Below, one piece after another: positions 1 to 7,086 of a stretch of 30,400 nt of DNA. This DNA comes from an uncultured Gammaproteobacteria bacterium (lineage in GTDB: Bacteria; Patescibacteriota; Microgenomatia; Daviesbacterales; UBA10151). Below the pieces are notes generated by a model. It saw only the letters and a list, made by a program, of their open reading frames with translations. It did no database searches and was not told where the DNA came from. The translations under genes were made by a program, and so were the position numbers. The number at the start of each line of letters is the position of its first letter. Positions within the stretch are counted from its first letter, which is position 1. The DNA lies in NCBI GenBank assembly GCA_964360965.1, contig CAYHYM010000009.1, positions 1 through 30,400 of the forward strand, read 5' to 3'.

Positions 1-54
1 AACCTCCTGCTTTCCGGTCCCAAACCGGACGTTCTACCGATGAACTACACCCCG
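1..54 (-). tRNA. tRNA-Pro(UGG), 3' part cut off by window edge
   Basis: Reverse complement starts CGGGGTG-TA-GTTC..GAAC. Anticodon stem TCCGG/CCGGA with loop TT-TGG-GA. The T arm runs out of the window. Confidence 0.7.
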
Positions 55-88
55 TGTGCTTGCGCTGAGCAAGCGAAGCTCGCCAAAG

Positions 89-170
89 TGCTGGTGGTGG
101 GACTCGAACCCACACGGGTTTTGCCCACTCGCTCTTAAGGCGAGCGCGTATACCATTCCGCCACACCAGC
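89..170 (-). tRNA. tRNA-Leu(UAA) with long variable arm
   Basis: Reverse complement folds with acceptor GCTGGTG/CACCAGC, anticodon stem CTCGC/GCGAG, loop CT-TAA-GA, variable arm TGGGCAAAACCCGT and T arm GTGGG-TTCGAGT-CCCAC. No encoded CCA. Confidence 0.85.
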
Positions 171-233
171 CCATTTTATATATTTTAGCAAATTTCAGCT
201 ATAATTGGAATTACTGATGAAACATAACCTTAT

Positions 234-242
234 TGATATAAT
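234..242 (+). promoter_or_regulatory. candidate extended -10 promoter (TGaTATAAT) for tRNA-Gly
   Basis: TGATATAAT at 234-242, about 20 nt upstream of the tRNA start at 264. No good -35. Confidence 0.35.
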
Positions 243-263
243 TAGGTCTGGTGTTTATATTAC

Positions 264-334
264 GCGGGATTAGTTAAACGGCTTAACATCTGCTTTCCAA
301 GCAGAGAAAAGGGGTTCGACTCCCCTATCCCGCT
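264..334 (+). tRNA. tRNA-Gly(UCC)
   Basis: Acceptor GCGGGAT/ATCCCGC, anticodon stem TCTGC/GCAGA with loop TT-TCC-AA, T arm AGGGG-TTCGACT-CCCCT. Confidence 0.85.
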
Positions 335-352
335 CTTTTGACTTTGTCAAAA

Positions 353-384
353 GAGCGAGGTTCGCCCAAAGGGCGACCCGCTCA
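353..384. repeat. GC-rich compound hairpin (CGCC-AAAGG-CG family)
   Basis: GAGCG-AGGT-TCGCCC-AAA-GGGCGA-CC-CGCTC. Related cores CTCGCCAAAG at 79-88 and CTCGCCAAAGGCGGAC (reverse strand) within 10499-10563. Confidence 0.5.
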
Positions 385-422
385 TCGCCGCCAAGAAAAA
401 TTCCACTTCGGATGTGGATTAA

Positions 423-737
423 TTATAGGATTTGAAGGTCTTTATCAACTTCTGAAAATTCTTTTTCCAAATCACCCAGATCCATGGCTTCAACCTCACT
501 GCTCAAAGAATCCAAATCAGTTTTAGTTTGAGTAACTTTTGCTGAATCCTGGGCAGTATCTGGAGTTAATTGTTCTCTTAAATACCAGGCTCCGGTTAAA
601 ATAAAAATTAGCAAAAGAGCAAGTCCCACAATCCACATCCATTTATTAGCGCCTTGCCGGGCCGTATTATTTTCATTCTCCGTATTGGGAGTTTCCTGAT
701 TTTCTACCGGTTGATTTACTACTTCTTTATTTTCCAT
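423..737 (-). CDS. hypothetical small membrane-anchored protein
   Basis: 104-aa ORF with a polar N-terminus, one hydrophobic span (WMWIVGLALLLIFILTGAWY) and an acidic C-terminal tail. No family recognised. Confidence 0.5.
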   Translation of the reverse strand: MENKEVVNQPVENQETPNTENENNTARQGANKWMWIVGLALLLIFILTGAWYLREQLTPDTAQDSAKVTQTKTDLDSLSSEVEAMDLGDLEKEFSEVDKDLQIL

Positions 738-1356
738 TTTTTACTCCTTGCAGGGTGGAGGCAGTTGTCCTTATGGCTCCAGAAACTGCTTTTCTTGCCT
801 CCGTTACCTGATCATGAACTGCTTTTAAATCAGTATGAAGAGCATCCCTTGAGGTTTTGGCATCATCTTTGATTTTGCTTTCCGTTGTAACTGTAATAGT
901 GTAATCCTTTTGAGCCTGGGTTGACACTGCTGCTTTGGCAGATTCAACTTTTCCTTTGGCCTCTCTTAGTGCGGCAGTTGCGGAAGAGGTATCATGACCT
1001 AATTTTGCTGCCTCAGTGATCCTGGTTTCCAGCCTTTTGAGCATTTGGCTCATCTGATCCAGGTGATGAGACATGTTTTGGGTTTTCCTGTCATTGATTT
1101 TGTTTAAATTTTGATTTATTCTCTCTGCGGTTTGAGCTTTTTTCTGATCTTTAAACTTGGCAAGTTTTTCTTTTAAGGCAGCCTCACGGGTGGCCACCTG
1201 ATCTTTCCGCGCCTCTTTCCTTTGCTCCACCCTCTCTTTTTTGGTAGTGGCAGGGGTGGTAGCATCCTGGGCAATTATTGGATAAGCTGCAAAAAGAAGC
1301 AGACATAAAAGAATTAAGATAGCTGACAACTGAGAAAGAGCAATGGTGGTAATCAT
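727..1356 (-). CDS. hypothetical secreted/anchored coiled-coil protein
   Basis: Start moved to ATG at 1356 (MITTIALSQLSAILILL...), which gives a signal/anchor peptide. The longer ORF-track start at 1434 would overlap the tRNA at 1427-1499. The rest is Lys/Glu/Ala-rich coiled coil. Confidence 0.55.
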   Translation of the reverse strand: MITTIALSQLSAILILLCLLLFAAYPIIAQDATTPATTKKERVEQRKEARKDQVATREAALKEKLAKFKDQKKAQTAERINQNLNKINDRKTQNMSHHLDQMSQMLKRLETRITEAAKLGHDTSSATAALREAKGKVESAKAAVSTQAQKDYTITVTTESKIKDDAKTSRDALHTDLKAVHDQVTEARKAVSGAIRTTASTLQGVKNGK

Positions 1357-1426
1357 CGGGTTAAACCATACTATAATATGTGATTGTTTGTCAACTGACC
1401 TGCCAACTGGTAAAATTGGATCAGTT

Positions 1427-1499
1427 GCCCCCATAGCTCAGTAGATAGAGCAGGGCGGTTCTAACGCCAAGGTCGAGGGTGCGAATCCTTCTGGGGGCG
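1427..1499 (+). tRNA. tRNA-Arg(UCU)
   Basis: Acceptor GCCCCCA/TGGGGGC, D arm GCTC-AGTAGATA-GAGC, anticodon loop GT-TCT-AA, T arm GAGGG-TGCGAAT-CCTTC. One A/G mismatch closes the anticodon stem. Confidence 0.75.
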
Positions 1500-1500
1500 C

Positions 1501-2304
1501 ATGGAATATAAAGAAATTAAGGGTGTAAAAATTCCTTTGATAGGGCTGGGAACTTCCGGATTTGGAGGAGGATGGATGTTTAAAGACAGTTCTCATGATA
1601 GTCAGGCCACAGAGGCCATCCAGTATGCCATTGAGCTGGGGATGACCCATATTGACACTGCTGAGGCTTATGCCAATGGTCATGCGGAAGAACTGGTAGG
1701 TTTGGCCATCAAAGACTTTCCCAGAAAAAATCTTTTTATCACCACCAAAGTTTATCCGGGACATCTTAGCAGGGACAAGACGCTAAAGGCCTGCCAAGCT
1801 TCTTTAAAAAGACTGGCTACAGATTATATAGATTTGTATCTGATCCACTGGCCAGACCCCCATGTTCCCCTATCTGAAACCATGCCTGCCATGGATCAGC
1901 TGGTAAAACAAGGTTTAACCCGCTTTATTGGGGTATCTAATTTTGATGTTGGGTTACTGAGGGAGGCTCAGAGTTTATCAGAAAATGGAATTTTTACCAA
2001 TCAAGTGGAATACTCTCTGGTTGAGAGAGGGCCTGAGAAGGGACTGTTGCCTTACTGTCAAAAACAAAATATCTTACTCACTGCATATAGTCCCTTAAAA
2101 AAAGTTCCACTGGATCATCTTGAACAGATGGCCCAAAAATATGGTAAAACTCCGGCCCAAATTGCCCTGAATTATTTAATTTCTCAAGATAATGTGATAG
2201 CTATTCCTAAAGCTTCTAGTAAGGAACATATTAAGGAAAACGCAGAAGCTGCTGATTTTAAGTTAGATCCGGAAGATTTGGAACTTTTAAAGCAGAAATC
2301 TTAA
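1501..2304 (+). CDS. aldo/keto reductase family oxidoreductase
   Basis: AKR hallmarks: GLGTSGFGGG, HIDTAEAYANGHAEELVG, DLYLIHWPD, IGVSNF, IPKASSKEHIKEN. Confidence 0.85.
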   Translation: MEYKEIKGVKIPLIGLGTSGFGGGWMFKDSSHDSQATEAIQYAIELGMTHIDTAEAYANGHAEELVGLAIKDFPRKNLFITTKVYPGHLSRDKTLKACQASLKRLATDYIDLYLIHWPDPHVPLSETMPAMDQLVKQGLTRFIGVSNFDVGLLREAQSLSENGIFTNQVEYSLVERGPEKGLLPYCQKQNILLTAYSPLKKVPLDHLEQMAQKYGKTPAQIALNYLISQDNVIAIPKASSKEHIKENAEAADFKLDPEDLELLKQKS

Positions 2305-2347
2305 TCCTATAGTTGTAATTTATCCAATTTAAATGTATAATTAGTAT

Positions 2348-3055
2348 ATGGCTTTGGAAGTAGAAACAGCAGTTTCATTAGAGGACTTAAAAACTCGGGT
2401 GCACCTAGACTCTCAGCTTGTTTGTGCAATTTTAGCGGGTCAAGAGTCTAGTTATGGGTTACCATATGAATTTGTTTTTAGTAAATTTCCTACTGGCTTC
2501 TTTTTAAGAATAGACTCACTCACCAAAGAAGAGTTTCAAAAAATGGTTACGGAAGAACAAGCAGAAGAAAATATTAAGTCTTTAGCCAACAGAATCAGGG
2601 AAATCACTGGGGGTTATTATGATATTCACCCTTTTATGGGAGCATTATGGAATTCCGACAATAATCCTATTATTCCTGGTTTTGGAGAAGGGTCTCACAT
2701 TGATAGACTTTGTATGATAATTCATCTAAGAGATGATGGGGATGACTTTGATATGCAAGAAATGTTTACACAAGTTGCTTTAAATGCTGATACCTGGATT
2801 AAAGGTGATGATGTAATGACCTTTTTCCAGAGTATAGAGAGATCAGATAAAGTAAATCCAAATGGCTCTAATAGAGATCAAGCTATAGCTAATGATTTAG
2901 GGATGTTATGGGACCAGGAGTTTCATAGGTATAATGATGGGCCTAAACCAACTGCTATGCAAATCACCCACAGTAGCTTATACACTTTTGCAGATAAACT
3001 TACTGAACTTAGTATCAGAAATTTAACACTTAAGGGACTAACTTACGAAAAATAA
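2348..3055 (+). CDS. hypothetical protein
   Basis: 235-aa ORF with normal AT-rich codon texture. No motif recognised. Convergent with dinB with a 2-nt gap. Confidence 0.5.
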   Translation: MALEVETAVSLEDLKTRVHLDSQLVCAILAGQESSYGLPYEFVFSKFPTGFFLRIDSLTKEEFQKMVTEEQAEENIKSLANRIREITGGYYDIHPFMGALWNSDNNPIIPGFGEGSHIDRLCMIIHLRDDGDDFDMQEMFTQVALNADTWIKGDDVMTFFQSIERSDKVNPNGSNRDQAIANDLGMLWDQEFHRYNDGPKPTAMQITHSSLYTFADKLTELSIRNLTLKGLTYEK

Positions 3056-3057
3056 TC

Positions 3058-4446
3058 TTAAAGTTTGAATCTTCTATCCGCTAAAAAAGGGTTGGGTTTT
3101 CTTTTCATCTCTCCTGTACCCAAAAGTATACCTCTTTGCAAAGTAAATTCACCATATTTGTTGTTAATTTGATCTATAGCTTGAATAATTTTTTCTTGAA
3201 CAGCTGATTCTGGTAATAAAGACAGATTTTGGGGAGTTTCACTCTTTAAATTAGAGATAGAAACTCCCACCGTTCTAATTTTATCTCCATTCCAGATAGT
3301 ATGAAATATCTTCCAGGTAGCTTTAAAAATTTCTAGACCATCACAAGTATATGGGATAGTTACTTGCATCCCATCACCATGGAACACACCTCCGAGGTGT
3401 AACTGCATTTCTTCACCTCGGAGGTGGAAGCTATATCTAAACCAGCAGTGGACAGTTCTACCAACTAATTTTTTAGCTCTCAACCTTCTAGCTACTAACT
3501 CTGTCAGTTTTAATAAAAGCTGTTTGATCTCCTCTAGGTTATTAGTATCATGAGAAGTAGTGTGCCTATGCCCAATACTCTTAACCTCTTCTTTCTCATA
3601 AAAAGGGATAATAGGAGCATGATTTATTCCACGACTGCAATCATATAAAAATTGCCCATAGCTTTTAAAATAAAAAATTAAAATATCAAGAGTTGCCTCT
3701 CTTAGCTGTTTAAAATTAAAAATTCCCAGTTTATTCAGCCTATTTTTAATCCCTGGACCTATTCCACAAACAGCATCAAGTTCCAGTTTATCCAAAACCT
3801 TAATTGCCTCTTTCTGATTGGCAATAATCACCAACCCATCTGGCTTTTGTAAAGATCCAGCAAGCTTTGCCAAAAGCTTGTTATATGAAATGCCTATGGA
3901 ACAAGTTATCCACTCACCAATTTCAGTTTTGATTCTTTTTTTAATGCTTTTAGCAATTTCTAATATGTCATCCCCGCGTAGGCGGGGATCCAATAAACTG
4001 TTAGCGCTATTATTTAATTGGATTCCTGCATTCGCAGGAATGACAGAAGTAGGTATCTCTAAAAACACTTCATCTATTGAAAACACCTCCAGATAGGGAG
4101 AATAATCTTTTAGAATATTTAAAAACTTTTTTGTTGTCTCCAAATATTTATCAGAATCCCCTGGGACAATTGTAATTTGCGGACAAAGCTTTTTGGCTTC
4201 CCAAATTTGCATGCCGGTTTTAACTCCGAACTTTTTAGCCTCTACAGAGGCTGCCCCAATCACTGTCCGTTCCCCGCCTCGACTCGCTCGCTCGTCGGGC
4301 GAGGCGGGCATCCTATCTCCACCAGTAACCCCAATTGGTTTTCCTCTCAGCCTGGGATTAGCCTGCTGCTCCACAGTAGCAAAGTAGCTATTAAAATCAA
4401 CATGTAAAATAGTTCTTATTCTTCTTCTACCATCTCCAGAAACCAT
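3058..4446 (-). CDS. dinB: Y-family DNA polymerase IV
   Basis: ILHVDFNSYFATVEQ, KPIGVTGG, SIDEVFLE, SIGISYNKLLAKLAGSLQKPDG, GIGPGIKNRLNKLGI. The ORF is interrupted in frame by three GC-rich elements. Confidence 0.9.
   Translation of the reverse strand: MVSGDGRRRIRTILHVDFNSYFATVEQQANPRLRGKPIGVTGGDRMPASPDERASRGGERTVIGAASVEAKKFGVKTGMQIWEAKKLCPQITIVPGDSDKYLETTKKFLNILKDYSPYLEVFSIDEVFLEIPTSVIPANAGIQLNNSANSLLDPRLRGDDILEIAKSIKKRIKTEIGEWITCSIGISYNKLLAKLAGSLQKPDGLVIIANQKEAIKVLDKLELDAVCGIGPGIKNRLNKLGIFNFKQLREATLDILIFYFKSYGQFLYDCSRGINHAPIIPFYEKEEVKSIGHRHTTSHDTNNLEEIKQLLLKLTELVARRLRAKKLVGRTVHCWFRYSFHLRGEEMQLHLGGVFHGDGMQVTIPYTCDGLEIFKATWKIFHTIWNGDKIRTVGVSISNLKSETPQNLSLLPESAVQEKIIQAIDQINNKYGEFTLQRGILLGTGEMKRKPNPFLADRRFKL
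3386..3426. repeat. pair of inverted REP-like hairpins inside dinB
   Basis: ACACCTCCGAGGTGT (3386-3400) and CACCTCGGAGGTG (3414-3426) are mutual reverse complements. Translated in frame as HLRGEEMQLHLGGV. Confidence 0.7.
3967..4044. mobile_element. 78-nt MITE-like element with terminal inverted repeats, in frame in dinB
   Basis: Left end GTCATCCCCGCGTAGGCGGGGATCCAAT. Right end ATTGGATTCCTGCATTCGCAGGAATGAC, the reverse complement of GTCATTCCTGCGAATGCAGGAATCCAAT. Encodes VIPANAGIQLNNSANSLLDPRLRGDD (26 codons). Confidence 0.75.
4266..4310. repeat. GC-rich hairpin insertion inside dinB
   Basis: CCCGCCTCG (4273-4281) pairs with CGAGGCGGG (4300-4308). Encodes PASPDERASRGGE between the conserved blocks KPIGVTGG and VIGAASVEAKKFGV. 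Confidence 0.65.
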
Positions 4447-4688
4447 TTCATTCTGCCTACATCAAATTTAAGTCTGTAAAAATTACCTCCGGAAGAGCAG
4501 GAAAAATGATAAAAAATATGGCTGCCATCTTTACTGGTATGGACCAGATTTATTTTTTCTATTTTAATTTTTCTGCCATGCCAGAAAAAAATATGAGGTT
4601 TAATAGAGGCTTTTTCAAAAAATACCCAAACACTCACGGGTTCTTGGATTTCTAGCATATCTACTAATATAACCCTAAGGAAACCCAA
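4416..4688 (-). CDS. hypothetical small protein overlapping the dinB start
   Basis: 90-aa ORF from TTG at 4688, preceded by GAAGGG 7 nt upstream. An alternative ATG lies at 4658. Its 3' end overlaps the dinB start by 31 nt. No family recognised. Confidence 0.45.
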   Translation of the reverse strand: MGFLRVILVDMLEIQEPVSVWVFFEKASIKPHIFFWHGRKIKIEKINLVHTSKDGSHIFYHFSCSSGGNFYRLKFDVGRMKWFLEMVEEE

Positions 4689-4690
4689 AT

Positions 4691-4720
4691 ATCAACCCTT
4701 CAATTTCATTCAGGGTTGAT
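4691..4720. promoter_or_regulatory. 9-bp-arm palindrome covering the putative SD of the dinB-operon first ORF
   Basis: ATCAACCCT-N12-AGGGTTGAT. On the minus strand the GAAGGG SD-like motif lies in the 3' arm. Confidence 0.35.
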
Positions 4721-4820
4721 ACTGAGCGTAGCCGAATGTATCAATGGGGAAATTTATGTAGAGGATCTTCATTACCAAGAAATTCTGTATTTCTTTCAGC
4801 CGACATATTGACGTGTATTA

Positions 4821-4850
4821 TACAATAGCTGAAACAGTATGGCTATTGTA
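4821..4850. promoter_or_regulatory. 9-bp-arm palindrome overlapping a minus-strand TATAAT (candidate operator of the dinB operon)
   Basis: TACAATAGC-N12-GCTATTGTA. The minus-strand TATAAT occupies 4817-4822. Confidence 0.35.
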
Positions 4851-4903
4851 GCAAGTTTTGGTGCAGGCTTATTTGCTTCCGTATCTGTTGTCCAACTCAA
4901 TTC

Positions 4904-6397
4904 ATGAAGATATTTGTTATAACGCTATTTCTCCTCTCATTTTTTTTAGTATTCAACTCCCCAGTCAAAGCCATAGTTGATCCCCTCTCTGTTCCTAACA
5001 ATAAATTTGGCATTCATATTATTCAAGCTACTCCTGATGAATCATCTCCGGCGGCCCAACTAGTCAACACCAACGGTGACTGGGGCTATATTACTTTTTT
5101 AATAGAATCCAAGGATAGAAATGAAAGTAAATGGCAGGAGTTTTTTAATGATCTAAGAAGAAAACATCTAATTCCGATTGTTAGGTTAGCCACCAAACCA
5201 GTTAATACTCACTGGGAAAGACCTTATGAAAAAGAGGGTGAAGCTTGGGCCCACTTTTTAGACAAATTAGTCTGGCCTACCAAAAACAGGTATATCATTA
5301 TCTATAATGAGCCAAATCATGCTCAAGAATGGGGAAATTTTACAGATCCTATTTCTTATGCCCATATTTTAAATGACACCATAGATACTCTAAAGAAAAA
5401 GTCTCCGGATTTTTATGTCTTAAATGCCGGTTTTGATGCTTCAGCCCCTCATCAACCACCTAGATTTTTTGATGAAGTAGTTTTTTTACAGGAAATGGAA
5501 AAGGCAGTACCGGGAATTTTTGAAAAATTAGATGGGTGGGTGTCACATTCCTATCCAAATCCGGAATTTTCCGGTTCTCCGGATGCTTTGGGGCGAGGCA
5601 CTGTTCGAACCTACGTTTGGGAACTACAGCAACTGCGTAATTTGGGTGTTTCGAAAAATTTGCCTGTTTTTATCACAGAAACCGGCTGGAAACATGCTGA
5701 AGGATTAACTTTTGAGCCTAGATTCCCTGCAGCAGATACTGTGGCCAGATATTACCAACAGGCTTTTGAAAATGCCTGGAACAGTTCCAGGATCATCGCC
5801 GTGACTCCATTTTTATTAAGCTATCAAGAGCCTTTATTTGCCCATTTTTCCTTTAAAGGACCCACCAATTCCGGACTATATTATCCTCAATATGACACCA
5901 TCAAAAACATGCCTAAAATTTCCGGCCAACCCATCCAGGAAAACAAGGCTACTTTAATCAAAGGTGAGGTCTTTTCATCCATTGTTTCAGGAGAAACTTA
6001 TACCATTTTTCTAACTTTCAAAAATAGCGGCCAATCAATCTGGAATGATGGCTCGCCTCGCTCCTCGCCTCGCGGCGAAGCGGGCGCGGGCGGAGCGGGG
6101 AAAAGGGTGGCTTTGGTGCCAATTGAAAGTGGCAGAGAATTGGGCATAGAACAGATATCCATTCCAGATGGGGTGCAAATTGAACCGGGCAAAGAATATA
6201 CCTTCCAAATTCAACTGAAAGCTCCGCTGAAGGGTATTTTTAAGGTTAGTTTGAATCTGTTTACCGGCAGCCACCCGTTTGATTCAAAACCACCGGTTAT
6301 TTTGCGCCTTTTAACTAAATTAAAATGGAGAAATTCTCCGGCCGGAGAATATATTTTAAGAACTATCGGCACCATAGGTGAATCTACTCAATTATAA
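4904..6397 (+). CDS. secreted clan GH-A-like glycoside hydrolase with C-terminal Ig-like domain
   Basis: Signal peptide MKIFVITLFLLSFFLVFNSPVKA. IIIYNEPNH (acid/base-type NEP motif) and VFITETGW (nucleophile-type TE motif). C-terminal beta-rich region carries a GC-rich insert. Confidence 0.5.
   Translation: MKIFVITLFLLSFFLVFNSPVKAIVDPLSVPNNKFGIHIIQATPDESSPAAQLVNTNGDWGYITFLIESKDRNESKWQEFFNDLRRKHLIPIVRLATKPVNTHWERPYEKEGEAWAHFLDKLVWPTKNRYIIIYNEPNHAQEWGNFTDPISYAHILNDTIDTLKKKSPDFYVLNAGFDASAPHQPPRFFDEVVFLQEMEKAVPGIFEKLDGWVSHSYPNPEFSGSPDALGRGTVRTYVWELQQLRNLGVSKNLPVFITETGWKHAEGLTFEPRFPAADTVARYYQQAFENAWNSSRIIAVTPFLLSYQEPLFAHFSFKGPTNSGLYYPQYDTIKNMPKISGQPIQENKATLIKGEVFSSIVSGETYTIFLTFKNSGQSIWNDGSPRSSPRGEAGAGGAGKRVALVPIESGRELGIEQISIPDGVQIEPGKEYTFQIQLKAPLKGIFKVSLNLFTGSHPFDSKPPVILRLLTKLKWRNSPAGEYILRTIGTIGESTQL
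6051..6100. repeat. GC-rich element (SPRSSPR..GEAGAGGAG family) in frame in the hydrolase gene
   Basis: GCTCGCCTCGCTCCTCGCCTCGCG+GCGAAGCGGGCGCGGGCGGAGCGGGG. Both blocks recur exactly in uvrA at 20723-20793 on the other strand. Confidence 0.8.
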
Positions 6398-6470
6398 AGT
6401 AAAAACTATTACTAAAAAGCTAAACATTGGATATTGAAAATATCTGACTAATCAGTATATACTTTAATCC

Positions 6471-6758
6471 ATGAATGATACCCAAAAAATGCTTCAGGCT
6501 ATTATTAATGGGCAAAGTTCCATTAAACAAGAGTTGTCAGGTAAAATTGATAAAGTTGATCAAAAAGTAGAGAAATTAGCTGGAACAGTAGCAGGACTGG
6601 ATGGGAAAATTGATAAAGTGGAAAAAAGATTGACAGAAAGACTAGATAAAATTGGCAAACAACTCGCATATCTTGAGGATGACACTCCAACTAGAGAAGA
6701 GTATGACGAACTAGAAGAGAGGGTAGATAAAATGAGCGAAGCTCCTGCTTCGCAGTAG
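6471..6758 (+). CDS. hypothetical small coiled-coil protein
   Basis: 95-aa ORF with heptad-like KIDKV repeats and an acidic tail. Confidence 0.5.
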   Translation: MNDTQKMLQAIINGQSSIKQELSGKIDKVDQKVEKLAGTVAGLDGKIDKVEKRLTERLDKIGKQLAYLEDDTPTREEYDELEERVDKMSEAPASQ

Positions 6759-6816
6759 AACAAAAAGTTGCTTCAGTATAAATTGTTGTCAAGGGATAAT
6801 TGCCAAAATTGGGGTA

Positions 6817-6919
6817 TTGACAAGTAATAAATAGTATGGTTAAATATACTTACTTGTTAACCGAAAGGTTTACAAGTTCTCGAAGAAAGCCCCGCAAGGG
6901 GTTTTTTTCGTGGTAAAAT
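6817..6919 (+). repeat. 103-nt promoter-hairpin-terminator module, copy 1
   Basis: 102/103 identical to 8352-8454. Contains TTGACA-N17-TTAAAT, a 10-bp hairpin with GAAA loop, an intrinsic terminator, then TGgTAAAAT. Confidence 0.85.
6852..6908 (+). ncRNA. candidate ~55-nt small RNA (copy 1)
   Basis: Predicted start about 7 nt after TTAAAT (6840-6845). Hairpin CTTGTTAACC-GAAA-GGTTTACAAG (6853-6876). Terminator GCCCC-GCAA-GGGGT plus T-run (6886-6908). Confidence 0.35.
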
Positions 6920-7002
6920 ATATGAGTTGAGAATCTTATCTGGCTCTGTCATAATTGTTATTACCTGATTCATCACGACAGAGCAGAGGACAAAGTACTT
7001 AT

Positions 7003-7074
7003 GGAGACGTTGGTGTAACGGTAGCACAACAGATTGTGGATCTGTTAGCGGGGGTTCAACTCCCCTACGCCTCC
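7003..7074 (+). tRNA. tRNA-His(GUG) with encoded G-1
   Basis: G-1 at 7003 pairs with C73. Acceptor GAGACGT/ACGCCTC (one A/C mismatch), D arm GTGT-AACGGTA-GCAC, anticodon loop TT-GTG-GA, T arm GGGGG-TTCAACT-CCCCT. Confidence 0.8.
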
Positions 7075-7086
7075 CACGTATGTTTT

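Noticed and set aside
332-356. Perfect 11-bp hairpin GCTCTTTTGAC-TTT-GTCAAAAGAGC after tRNA-Gly as an intrinsic terminator
   Set aside because: No T-run follows on either strand and it overlaps the tRNA acceptor end. It is noted only as a palindrome.
1357-1434. N-terminal extension of the 727-1434 ORF
   Set aside because: It would overlap the tRNA-Arg gene at 1427-1499. The internal ATG at 1356 yields a proper signal/anchor peptide.
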